Source: an uncultured Candidatus Saccharibacteria bacterium
GTDB taxonomy: Bacteria; Patescibacteriota; UBA1384; XYA2-FULL-43-10
NCBI GenBank assembly: GCA_964426805.1
Contig: CAYRRY010000001.1
Coordinates: forward strand, 2,504-66,503
DNA: 64,000 nucleotides
Reading direction: 5' to 3'
Shown here piece after piece: positions 19,265-28,374 of the stretch. Made by a program: the position numbers and the translations under genes. Below the pieces are notes generated by a model. That model had not been told where the DNA came from. It was given only the letters and a program-made list of their open reading frames with translations, and did no database searches. The number at the start of each line of letters is the position of its first letter. Position 1 is the first letter of the stretch.

Positions 19265-20511
19265 TAGCCTTCCTTTTCTATCGATACTCCAAGATCTCGC
19301 AATTTCTGGTCGATCTTTTCATATCCCCTCTCGATTTGTTCAATATTGTCAATTTTTGTTGTTCCCTCGGCAAGTAGCGCTGCGAGTATAAGTGCTGCAC
19401 CTCCACGGATGTCTGAACTGCTAATAGATGTTCCAGTCAACTTGTCCGGTCCGAAAACATATACGATATGTGGGCTTTCAATGTTTATATTGGCGTTCAT
19501 TTTTTTCAACTCCTTTATATAGCCGAAGCGTGATTCGAAAAGAGTTTCAAAGATGCGAGTAGAGCCATCTGTTTGAGTTGAATAAACTGCATAAACAGAT
19601 TGTAGATCTGTAGGAAAACCAGGATAAGTACGTGTATCAATATCCATGGAACCCAAACCAGTGTGTTTTTTAGTTTTTATAGAATCTTCATTAATTTCAA
19701 AATTTGCACCAGCGTCTTTTAGAATCTTCAAAACAAGACTTAAGTGGTTTTTATTCACGTTTTCTATCTCAATTTCAGAATTTGTGGCCAGAGCCATTAT
19801 CAGATAAGTTCCAGCTTCAATCCGGTCAGATATGGTCGTGTGTTCGGCTCCGCTTAGTGTTTTCACTCCCTCGATCTCTATATCATGGCCGTTGTTAGTG
19901 ATTTTTGCGCCCATTGAGTTGAGGTAGTCTGTAAGGTCTTTAATCTCTGGCTCGGCGGCGGCGGCGTGAATATTACTAGTTCCTTTTGCGAGTGTTGCCA
20001 ACATGATTGCATTTTCAGTAGCGGTTACAGATATTTTCGGCAAGATAATCTCCGAGCCTTTTGGTTTGCCAGTAAGTGTGTATTTCTCACCGTCAATCTC
20101 CGTTTTTATTCCAAACTGCCGAAAGATATCTAAGTGATCGTCGATCTTTCTAGCGCCTATTAGATCGCCTCCTGGTTGATAGATGGTTACTTCGCCAAAA
20201 CGAGCAAGCATAGGTCCCGCCAGAACAATAGAAGCGCGAATCTTTTCAGATAGATCCTTATCTAAGACGTGAGAGTTGATACTTGTTGGATCCACCGTAA
20301 CGCTGTTTCCTTCTACTGTAACGTTCGCGCCGGATTTCTCTATTATCTGTTCTATTTTTTCTATATCTTTAATGCGCGGTACGTTGTGAATAGTCGAAGC
20401 GCTACCAGCCATAATAGAAGCCGCAATTAGCTTTAGGGCTGAATTCTTCGCGCCGGAAACTTTAACTTTACCAGAAAGCTTTGCTCCGCCCTGAATAATA
20501 AATTTTGACAT
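19264..20511 (-). CDS. murA: UDP-N-acetylglucosamine 1-carboxyvinyltransferase (Cys115-to-Asp type)
   Basis: SGAKNS, RAS, PGGDLIGAR, DRIEAGT, YPGFPTDLQ, DIRGGA, RGYE. Confidence 0.96.
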   Translation of the reverse strand: MSKFIIQGGAKLSGKVKVSGAKNSALKLIAASIMAGSASTIHNVPRIKDIEKIEQIIEKSGANVTVEGNSVTVDPTSINSHVLDKDLSEKIRASIVLAGPMLARFGEVTIYQPGGDLIGARKIDDHLDIFRQFGIKTEIDGEKYTLTGKPKGSEIILPKISVTATENAIMLATLAKGTSNIHAAAAEPEIKDLTDYLNSMGAKITNNGHDIEIEGVKTLSGAEHTTISDRIEAGTYLIMALATNSEIEIENVNKNHLSLVLKILKDAGANFEINEDSIKTKKHTGLGSMDIDTRTYPGFPTDLQSVYAVYSTQTDGSTRIFETLFESRFGYIKELKKMNANINIESPHIVYVFGPDKLTGTSISSSDIRGGAALILAALLAEGTTKIDNIEQIERGYEKIDQKLRDLGVSIEKEG

Positions 20512-20609
20512 ATTTTCTCCCGATAATTAATAACTCCATTTTAATCTAAAATAGCATAAATTTCAATGCTACCCTTAAAAAAAGTGTAAATATTTGATAT
20601 AATCTCTTT

Positions 20610-21326
20610 ATGTATAATGAGAGACATAAAAGAATGAAGAGTATTATAGTCGGGCAGGCACTAGTTGCGATTGGAATTATATTCATCGCCTCCTGCCTTA
20701 TCTTTTACACGATGGGCTACAGGATAAATTTCAAGAACTATACAATAAACAAAATAGGCATTTTGAGCCTAAATTTTGCCGATCATCCAGACAAAATTTC
20801 GATTGATGGCAAGGAGCACAAAAACGGGAATAATTTCTATATCGACCTAACTCCCGGGAACTACGACGTGATAGCCTCCAAAGCGGGGCATTACGATTGG
20901 AATTCTAGCTATTTGGTAAAATCTGGTCTTGTTCGAAAACAGAACGATATTATCTTTATTAAAGAGAACCCAGAGGTTACGGAGACTTTAGATGAAGAGG
21001 TTATAAACAAGCTGAATTTGCCCAATACGAGTCTGATAAGCGAGGACAAGCAGAAGTTAACCAGCAGCGACTATGAGATTTGGGTTAATTCAAAACTAAT
21101 TACGCGTTATTCAGAGCTGGTTTATGGTGTTACATGGTTCCCCGGCAATGACTATATTGCCTTTCAAATCAACGATGAAATAAGAATAATCGATAAATTT
21201 GGTGAAAATGATACCCTTTTGGTAGAACTAGAAAATTCTTCAATAACAAAATTTGCCTTCAAAGGTAACGGACGAGAACTATATTATAGAGACGATTCTA
21301 AGTACTATGTTGCGAAAATACGATAA
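20610..21326 (+). CDS. Membrane-anchored PEGA-domain-like protein
   Basis: TM followed by GYRIN, GIL, LTPGNYDV.ASKAGHYDW and a beta-propeller-like C-terminal fragment. Confidence 0.65.
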   Translation: MYNERHKRMKSIIVGQALVAIGIIFIASCLIFYTMGYRINFKNYTINKIGILSLNFADHPDKISIDGKEHKNGNNFYIDLTPGNYDVIASKAGHYDWNSSYLVKSGLVRKQNDIIFIKENPEVTETLDEEVINKLNLPNTSLISEDKQKLTSSDYEIWVNSKLITRYSELVYGVTWFPGNDYIAFQINDEIRIIDKFGENDTLLVELENSSITKFAFKGNGRELYYRDDSKYYVAKIR

Positions 21327-21382
21327 GAATACGATCTAAGCATTACTTCAAATTCCCTGGTAGGATTTTTTTGTTAATTGTA

Positions 21383-21949
21383 TTAATTATTTGTTTTTAT
21401 ATTTTTAGTAGTTGAATTGATTAAATCCTGCATAAGGTCTCCATATTTTTTAGATTCAATCTTCATTTTTGGGTCAATACTGCTCAGCATCTCCTTGCAT
21501 TCTTTTAGTAATATGCTTTTATTCTTTTTATCAGATGTGTGCTCAATTTCTAGGTAATCGCCCAATATATCGACTCTATCAAGGCAAAGTTCAAAATCCG
21601 TTATTTGAAATGTATCCCTAACCTTTGAAACAGTAAACGCTTCTTCATAGCCAAGACTGGTTAGAAATTCTTCCCCATCACTTATTTCTGGAACTGGTGA
21701 ACTAAATTCTAGTCCAATTCCATTTCTTTTAATTTGTTTAAATTCAACTAAAGTTTTCTTCTCATTTTTTCTTATTCTAGCGCTGAACCGTCCTTCGATT
21801 ATTTTAGTATTGTTATCTAGATCTTTCGGTCTCCCGAAAACCTTATCAATCAGCACCTCGGTTTTTATATGAACAGCGCCGATAGAGATTATTTTATTTT
21901 TCAACTTGTTCAAATTAGCACATTTTGATCTAATTTCGACTTCAAACAT
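21383..21949 (-). CDS. CYTH-domain protein (class IV adenylate cyclase CyaB-like)
   Basis: EVEIR, RIR, KVR, LDRV..LGDYLEIE, Y..L motifs. Start taken at MFEVE. Confidence 0.8.
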   Translation of the reverse strand: MFEVEIRSKCANLNKLKNKIISIGAVHIKTEVLIDKVFGRPKDLDNNTKIIEGRFSARIRKNEKKTLVEFKQIKRNGIGLEFSSPVPEISDGEEFLTSLGYEEAFTVSKVRDTFQITDFELCLDRVDILGDYLEIEHTSDKKNKSILLKECKEMLSSIDPKMKIESKKYGDLMQDLINSTTKNIKTNN

Positions 21950-21968
21950 AATGGTTCCTTTCAATTGT

Positions 21969-22583
21969 TTAGCTAATATCCGATTTTATTATTTTGATTA
22001 TCTCAGGGAAAGTCGAAATGTTGAAATGACCGTTTTTGCTTTCATATGTTATTATAACGGCGTTCTTTAGTTTATCTCTATATTCGTCTGCGTGAGAAAT
22101 AGGAACAACATCATCGTTTTTCGAAAACATTAGGTATAGGTTTTCGGAACAGCTATCGAGCATTGATAAATCAGAACCAAGTTCGAAACCCCCTACTAGA
22201 TCTTCCTCGGGAATTGAATTATCGAACGGTGGACATATAAGAAAAGTCGAGAGGATTTTTTTAGGTAGTTTGTTTTCTGAAAGATATTTGGCTAAAAATA
22301 TCCCACCCAAAGAAGAGCCTATTAAAATTACATTGTCTTTGAAATGAGGGATGAAACGCTCGAAGTAAATTTTCCAATCTTCGTACTTGGCATTGTCTTG
22401 CAACGGCATACGAGGTTTTATGATCTCAAATTCGTCACCAAGCTCATCTCTAATATATTTATCAGACCAACGTTTTTTATCTTCTAGCCGTATCTTCCGG
22501 TGCTTTAAAAAATCAACATAGTCTGCCCTGTTTTTGAAGGTCGTCCCACCGTGTACTAAAAATATTTGTGTTTTATTCTTCAT
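21969..22583 (-). CDS. Alpha/beta hydrolase (RBBP9/YdeN-like)
   Basis: VHGG, GSSLGG nucleophile elbow, SKNDDVVP, GHF. Confidence 0.85.
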   Translation of the reverse strand: MKNKTQIFLVHGGTTFKNRADYVDFLKHRKIRLEDKKRWSDKYIRDELGDEFEIIKPRMPLQDNAKYEDWKIYFERFIPHFKDNVILIGSSLGGIFLAKYLSENKLPKKILSTFLICPPFDNSIPEEDLVGGFELGSDLSMLDSCSENLYLMFSKNDDVVPISHADEYRDKLKNAVIITYESKNGHFNISTFPEIIKIIKSDIS

Positions 22584-22605
22584 ATTTCCTTTTGCGCTAT
22601 AACCA

Positions 22606-23415
22606 TTATTTGTATATCTTTGTTCCTATGTTTTTTCCTGATAATATCGACTTGAGTTGTTCGGGCTTTTTCCCGTTGATGACGCGGACTTCCAGATTTT
22701 CAGTTTCATTTAGCGTATCACGAATTATCTTCAGTTTGCTATGCATCCCGCCAGCTCCAAGCTTGGTTTTGCTTGTGCCGCAGAGATCATTAATGTATTG
22801 ATCGGTCAGTCGATCAGCATTTAACGAGGGAATAACTTTATTGTTTTCCAAAACTCCATCAGAACTTGTATTGAAGACCACTTCAACATTTTTGAAAAGG
22901 CTTGAACATAATTTTGCTAATAGTGCAGTAATCTTGTCGTTATCTCCAAAGTCTCCACCTCTCATCCTTACAAGCTCTTCATCGGTTACAAAATCATTAT
23001 CGTTTATCTGAATAACAGATTCATTCATTTTATATAGAGATAAGATGATTTGAGATATTTTTTCTTTTGAGCTTTCAGAAGATAGATCCCTGTGGGTGAG
23101 TAGGCTCTGAAGAACTCGTTTGTTTGGGATTGCTTTGTCCCAAAGAATAGATAAATGTGGGTTGCCAATAGCAGAGAAAATTCTTTTTCTAACAATTTCG
23201 TCATCTACGTATTGAAAATCATTTTTGAATGTTTTGCCGAAAGCAATAGCGCCCGAGCTAACAATTATGGCTGGGTTCTGAATACTATTAATAATCGATC
23301 CATGAGCTTGAATATTTTCATAATCGATTGAAATTTGTCCATCCTCCTCTTGCTTTACAAGAGTGTTGCTCCCGTACTTGATGATTGAAAGCTTGTTGTT
23401 AATTTTTTCCACCAT
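22606..23415 (-). CDS. Glutamate 5-kinase-like protein (no PUA domain)
   Basis: IIKYGSN, VSSGAI, NDND, FGDND, GAGGMHSKL. Confidence 0.75.
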   Translation of the reverse strand: MVEKINNKLSIIKYGSNTLVKQEEDGQISIDYENIQAHGSIINSIQNPAIIVSSGAIAFGKTFKNDFQYVDDEIVRKRIFSAIGNPHLSILWDKAIPNKRVLQSLLTHRDLSSESSKEKISQIILSLYKMNESVIQINDNDFVTDEELVRMRGGDFGDNDKITALLAKLCSSLFKNVEVVFNTSSDGVLENNKVIPSLNADRLTDQYINDLCGTSKTKLGAGGMHSKLKIIRDTLNETENLEVRVINGKKPEQLKSILSGKNIGTKIYK

Positions 23416-23419
23416 AGAA

Positions 23420-24124
23420 CTATCTCTTATAGAATTCTTCGGCTACTATTATCAATCTATTTAGTGCAGTGCCGACCGGTGTGCAAGTCATGAGGCTTAG
23501 AATCCTTTTATCTTCTTGATCGAGCACTGAAAGATCGTTTGGTTTTACGCTCTTTTTCTCAACTACGCTGTAACCGTAAATCACATTATTGAAATTTATA
23601 TATATTTTATCCCCCACTACCAATTTATCGAGTAGCACAAAAGCTTCTTTATATTTACCGTTTGACCAAAAATAGTCGGAAGAGTGACCGGTAATAAATA
23701 CATTGCCCCCTTCTCCCGGCTTTGCTGTGCCATGCAGGTGTATGACACCGTTTTTTAGGTTGCTCTCTGTTTCTGTTGGGGTGTTTGGGACATCCCACAC
23801 TATGGGGGCCTGAACATCTATCTTTTCGATCACGATTGCACCATTTGGAACGGCTGGCACATTTATAATATCATCTGTAGAGTTATGCGATTGGTTTGTT
23901 CCAGAGCCTATAAGTGGCGAATTATCGACTTCCTCTGTTGTTATATTTTCCTTATACCAAAAGTCAAACCTTTTTTTAAAGGTTCCGAAGTTTATGAGCG
24001 CAAATATTATTGAGAATCCAATCACTAAATACAAAACGTAGAGAAAATATCGAAGAACTTTGCGCCCCCCGGTTTCTGTATTAGTTCCATATAAATTTTG
24101 GAGATCTTTTTCTTTGAATTTCAT
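23420..24124 (-). CDS. Sortase
   Basis: N-terminal TM, ITGHSS, LSLMTC, R. Start taken at ATG 24124 because the longer ORF begins inside the tRNA-end repeat. Confidence 0.9.
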   Translation of the reverse strand: MKFKEKDLQNLYGTNTETGGRKVLRYFLYVLYLVIGFSIIFALINFGTFKKRFDFWYKENITTEEVDNSPLIGSGTNQSHNSTDDIINVPAVPNGAIVIEKIDVQAPIVWDVPNTPTETESNLKNGVIHLHGTAKPGEGGNVFITGHSSDYFWSNGKYKEAFVLLDKLVVGDKIYINFNNVIYGYSVVEKKSVKPNDLSVLDQEDKRILSLMTCTPVGTALNRLIIVAEEFYKR

Positions 24125-24128
24125 AATT

Positions 24129-24357
24129 TGGTGCCAGAGGTGGGAGTCTGTCACTGGTCAAATTCTGTCGAATTTGCCATCGACCCCGTCTCCCCCGACA
24201 TTTCGGGGTCCGACATTCAACTCTTCTTTAATTTGGTGCCAGAGGTGGGAGTCGTCTACAAATATTTTTCTGTTGAAAAATTTCGCAGACCCGCCTCGGC
24301 TCTCAGTCGAACCTGCGGCATTCTCCTCCATATTTTTTGGTGCCAGAGGTGGGAGTC
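24129..24357 (-). repeat. Three 20-bp direct repeats of the tRNA-Leu 3' end, period 104-105 bp
   Basis: TGGTGCCAGAGGTGGGAGTC at 24129-24148, 24234-24253 and 24338-24357; the last is the tRNA itself. Confidence 0.95.
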
Positions 24358-24424
24358 GAACCCACATCACGCGAGCGTGATACGATTTTGAGTCGTACGC
24401 GTATACCAATTCCGCCACTCTGGC
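24338..24424 (-). tRNA. tRNA-Leu(CAA)
   Basis: GCCAGAGTGGCGGAATTGGTATACGCG-TACGA-CTCAAAA-TCGTA, long variable arm, GTGGGTTCGACTCCCAC-CTCTGGC-ACCA. Confidence 0.97.
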
Positions 24425-24539
24425 TAAATATCAAATAATGTATGGTTAATAACTGATAATTAAGAAACGATGTATTATTGACAATTTCAGCTAAAATTAT
24501 AGCAAATTTTACGTTCTTTGGAAAGTGCTAATATGCTAA

Positions 24540-24577
24540 AATTTTAAACGCCTCACTCGTGTGAGGCGTTTAAAATT
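24540..24577. repeat. REP-like palindrome copy B
   Basis: AATTTTAAACGCCTCAC-TCGT-GTGAGGCGTTTAAAATT, 17-bp arms, between divergent genes. Confidence 0.8.
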
Positions 24578-24652
24578 CATGATGTTGTGCGAATAAACTA
24601 TTTTAAAATCCTGGAAATCGGTATATAATTGATATATAAAAGGAGGGCGTAA

Positions 24653-26269
24653 ATGCCAGAGGTTTTCAATTTCAACACAAAGCGAACCAAGACGAAGCCT
24701 TTTGCTCTGATTATTCTAGACGGTTGGGGCGTAGCTCCTTCATGGGGTGGAAATGCGATAACGCTTGCAAAAACTAGTTATTTTGACGAACTTATTCGGA
24801 CTTATCCAAATACTACTCTCTCCGCCTCCGGACCAAGCGTTGGTCTTTCTGAAGGTTCCCCGGGAAATTCTGAAGCAGGTCACTTGAATATCGGTGCTGG
24901 CAGGATAGTACATCAAGATTTGCCCCTTATCAATCAAAAAATTGAAAGTGGCGAATTTTTTAATAACAAAACAATGAAGGCCTCTTTGGGGTATTTGAAG
25001 AAATATGGAGGTAAGCTTCATGTTATGGGCCTTCTTTCAAAATCTGGGACACATAGCCATCTGAATCACCTTTATGCTACTCTAAAGTTTTATAAGGAAA
25101 ACGGTGTTACGGATGCATATATTCATCTTTTTTCAGATGGACGTGATTCCGACCCCATGAGCGGGATTGAGATGATCGGAGAAGTACAGAAAAAGATTGA
25201 TGAGTTGGGAATAGGTCGTATTTCATCTATCATGGGTAGATTTTATGCTATGGACAGAGATAATCGTTGGGGACGCACCATACGAGCATACAACACACTT
25301 ACTAAAGGGGAAGCAGAGGTTGCTCAGAACGCAAACCAGGTTTTTTCCCATAGCTATAAGAGAGGCATAACGGACGAATTTATCGAGCCGAGGATTATTA
25401 CAAACAAAATTTCAAATTTTGAGAAGATAGTAGACAAAGATGTTGTTCTGTTATTCAATTTTCGCCCTGACAGAGTTAGGCAATTGACAAAAGCATTTTT
25501 GGCCACAGAGGTAAAACAATTTCCGGATAGAAAAAAACTCAAAAATATTATGATGGTTAGCTTTGTTACATACGAAAGAGAAAACCTCGGGGATAAGGTT
25601 TTTTACCCCGACCCTATTGAAAACCCTATAGCAAAAGTAATTTCCGACAAGGGTTACAAGCAACTTCACATGGCTGAAACAGAAAAATACCCACACGTCA
25701 CCTATTTTATGAACGGTGGCAACGAACAAGCCTATCCAGGAGAAACCAGAAAAATGATTCCGTCACCCAAGGTAAGAACTTACGATTACGCTCCGAAGAT
25801 GAGCGCAGAAAAACTCACAAAACAGCTGAACAGTTTCGTAAAACAGGGGAAGAATCATTTCTATATAGTCAACTATGCGAATCCCGACATGGTTGGCCAT
25901 ACAGGGAACTTGGAGGCAACGATACAAGCTATAAGCTATATAGATACATGTCTAAAATCACTCATACCTGAAATCTTGAAACAGGAAGGCACGGCTTTAA
26001 TATTTGCTGATCACGGAAACGCTGAACAGATGATTAATCCGCAAACTTCAGAACCAGATACGGAGCACACTACCAATCCCGTTCCATTTATTTTAGTAAA
26101 CGAGAAATTGAAAGGAAATGTCGTTCTTCAAAATAATGGCTCATTAACCAATATTGCGCCTACGGCACTTGAGCTTCTGGGAATCGATAAACCAAACGAG
26201 ATGTCTTCAAGGGAAAGTCTAATTCTTGCCAATCCTCGATTTGAACATAAAGGAATTCTAAAATTTTAA
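24653..26269 (+). CDS. gpmI: 2,3-bisphosphoglycerate-independent phosphoglycerate mutase
   Basis: ILDGWG, GNSEAGH, DGRD, GRFYAMDRD, NFRPDR, AETEKYPHVT, NPDMVGHTG, ADHGNAE, TEHT. Confidence 0.97.
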   Translation: MPEVFNFNTKRTKTKPFALIILDGWGVAPSWGGNAITLAKTSYFDELIRTYPNTTLSASGPSVGLSEGSPGNSEAGHLNIGAGRIVHQDLPLINQKIESGEFFNNKTMKASLGYLKKYGGKLHVMGLLSKSGTHSHLNHLYATLKFYKENGVTDAYIHLFSDGRDSDPMSGIEMIGEVQKKIDELGIGRISSIMGRFYAMDRDNRWGRTIRAYNTLTKGEAEVAQNANQVFSHSYKRGITDEFIEPRIITNKISNFEKIVDKDVVLLFNFRPDRVRQLTKAFLATEVKQFPDRKKLKNIMMVSFVTYERENLGDKVFYPDPIENPIAKVISDKGYKQLHMAETEKYPHVTYFMNGGNEQAYPGETRKMIPSPKVRTYDYAPKMSAEKLTKQLNSFVKQGKNHFYIVNYANPDMVGHTGNLEATIQAISYIDTCLKSLIPEILKQEGTALIFADHGNAEQMINPQTSEPDTEHTTNPVPFILVNEKLKGNVVLQNNGSLTNIAPTALELLGIDKPNEMSSRESLILANPRFEHKGILKF

Positions 26270-26270
26270 G

Positions 26271-27815
26271 ATGAATAAGTTGTCTAATTATCGCAAAAAA
26301 GTAGCCCTATTAGTTGTTGAGGGATTGTCGGCCAAGACAAAAAGAGAGGGCTCTCCCCTACTTCCTTCAAACTCGGGCAATATCGAGGTGCTTCTTTCGG
26401 GGTATGAAAAGAAGATTCTAAAAACTTTGGACCCAACAATTGATAGTAACATACTAGAAACAGACATTGTTTCGCTGTACAATACGTTCTCTTCTTCAAA
26501 ACGAGCTCTAAGTGAGGTTGCTAATTTTAAACATGATAAAAATGATTTCAAGAGTAAATTGGAAAAAATCAGTCACAACTGTAAAAATCACTCCTCTTCA
26601 ATGCATTTAGCCATGGTGTACTCTAAAAATCCAAAAGTATTTAACCAAAATATTTTCGACGAAATTATTGCTGGACTTAAGGAAATTGGGTTAAATAGGA
26701 TTTATCTTCATCTGTTTTGCGACTTCACTATGAAATCATCTGAAGTTAGAAATTTTGTTGAGCGATACAACAAGTTAGATGGAGCAAAGTTTCAGATTTC
26801 CTCAGTTTCGGGCACCTCATCCCTTCTGAGCCATAAGCAAAAAAATCAACTAGAAATATACAAATCGATGGTATTTGGAGCCAGTCATCAGATTATGGAT
26901 ATTTCACAGATTGATGATGGGGATTTTTCGCATCTACTCCCACACACGTTTATAAAAAATAGAAAACCGATTGGCATGATAAGCGATTTTGACACGATTC
27001 TATTTTTAAATTCAAGCTCTGAAATTTTCTTCGAACAGATTCATCTCTTAAATAAAAAAAGTAAATCTTTCCGTGGAGACAAAAACCTTTTTATGATAAA
27101 TACTGTATGTTTGACTAAAATTTATCGAAATATTGATGGCAAGGGAGTCGAATACCTAATTAGTAATATGCTTTACCAAAAAAATCTATTTTCAACTTTG
27201 TCTGAATATGGATTAAGCCAGATTAAAATATTTAATGCAGAAGATAGGGACCAGTATCTAGAAGGATATAATGGTTCCAACGAGATATTTGAAAACGAAG
27301 ATGTTGCGTTAATAGAGAGCGAAGGCAACCATGTCCTCTCCGCTCGTCACATCATACAAACATTTATTGAATCTATTGAAAATGATGAGCATGATCTTGT
27401 TTTTGCCTCAATGAACAGTTTAGTCAAATGTTCGTATGATACGGACTTAAAAGATTCGATATCTGTAGTCGACGAAATAAATCAAGCTATACCAGAGATA
27501 ATTAGAATATGCGCAAAAAATAAATTGACCTTTGTTTTTGCCTCGCCTTTTGGCGGTTCAGACTCCTTTTCCTCCGGCGACAAGCAAGGTCAAGAAAAGA
27601 ATTTTGAAAATATCAAACTAACCACTGTGCCTCTGGTGCTTGTAAATAACTTATTTAAAAAAGAGACTAGTAATCAGTTCATGATAAACAATTCCAATTT
27701 AATTGATATAATAAGTAGTAAGTCTAGTGTTTATGATTTTGCCCCGACTATTTTGGATTTATTTAATATTGAAAAGCCGGAAGGTTTTCAGGGAAGAAGC
27801 TTAACAAATGTCTAA
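26271..27815 (+). CDS. Divergent GpmI-like protein lacking catalytic and metal-binding residues
   Basis: Colinear with GpmI (VALLVVEG, IYLHLFCD, ISSVSG, DTILFLN, VPLVLV, DFAPTILDLFNIEKP..FQGRSL), but the key motifs are lost. Confidence 0.75.
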   Translation: MNKLSNYRKKVALLVVEGLSAKTKREGSPLLPSNSGNIEVLLSGYEKKILKTLDPTIDSNILETDIVSLYNTFSSSKRALSEVANFKHDKNDFKSKLEKISHNCKNHSSSMHLAMVYSKNPKVFNQNIFDEIIAGLKEIGLNRIYLHLFCDFTMKSSEVRNFVERYNKLDGAKFQISSVSGTSSLLSHKQKNQLEIYKSMVFGASHQIMDISQIDDGDFSHLLPHTFIKNRKPIGMISDFDTILFLNSSSEIFFEQIHLLNKKSKSFRGDKNLFMINTVCLTKIYRNIDGKGVEYLISNMLYQKNLFSTLSEYGLSQIKIFNAEDRDQYLEGYNGSNEIFENEDVALIESEGNHVLSARHIIQTFIESIENDEHDLVFASMNSLVKCSYDTDLKDSISVVDEINQAIPEIIRICAKNKLTFVFASPFGGSDSFSSGDKQGQEKNFENIKLTTVPLVLVNNLFKKETSNQFMINNSNLIDIISSKSSVYDFAPTILDLFNIEKPEGFQGRSLTNV

Positions 27816-28374
27816 AAAAAGAGTAGAAATTGAGGTTTCGGCAAGGCATATCCATCTTGCTAAAGAAGATTTTGAAACACTTTTTGGCAATGACGCCGTT
27901 CTAGATGTTCGAAACTATCTATCTCAGCCAAATGAATTCGCTTCAAATAAAATTGTCGAGATTGTTGGCCCAGATTACGTTTTCGAGAAGGTTCGAATAC
28001 TTGGTCCATTCAGAAATTATAGTCAGGTAGAAATGTCAAAAACAGATACCTTGAAATCTGGCATAAATGCACCTTACAAAATTTCCGGAGACTTGCCGGG
28101 AGCCAGGGTTCGAGTAATCGGTCCCGAGGGAGAGTTTATAAAAGATATCGCAATAATCGCGAAAAGGCACATCCATTTGAGTCCAGCCGAGGCTCGAACA
28201 CTTAGGGTTCGATCAGGTCAGCACTTATCTGTTAGTATAGGCGGAGAAAGATCTGTAACTTTTGATAGATTTGAGGTTAGAGTTGGTGATAACTTCAAAA
28301 AGGCCTGTCACGTCGATACAGACGAAGGAAATGCGGCTGGAATTGATAAAAAATGTATAGGAACAATTATATGA
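27808..28374 (+). CDS. pduL: Phosphate acyltransferase PduL
   Basis: VSARHIHL, LSQP.EF, VRILGP.R..SQVE.S.TD, RHIH, HVDTDEGNA. Confidence 0.92.
   Translation: MSKKRVEIEVSARHIHLAKEDFETLFGNDAVLDVRNYLSQPNEFASNKIVEIVGPDYVFEKVRILGPFRNYSQVEMSKTDTLKSGINAPYKISGDLPGARVRVIGPEGEFIKDIAIIAKRHIHLSPAEARTLRVRSGQHLSVSIGGERSVTFDRFEVRVGDNFKKACHVDTDEGNAAGIDKKCIGTII

Noticed and set aside
24129-24357. CRISPR array
   Set aside because: The repeat is the tRNA 3' end, the spacers are ~85 bp and resemble each other, and there are no cas genes in the window.
24060-24418. ORFs 24060-24380 (+), 24098-24391 (+) and 24158-24418 (-)
   Set aside because: They overlap tRNA-Leu and its repeats; the repeated peptides (WCQRWES, DSHLWHQI) are just translations of the repeat.
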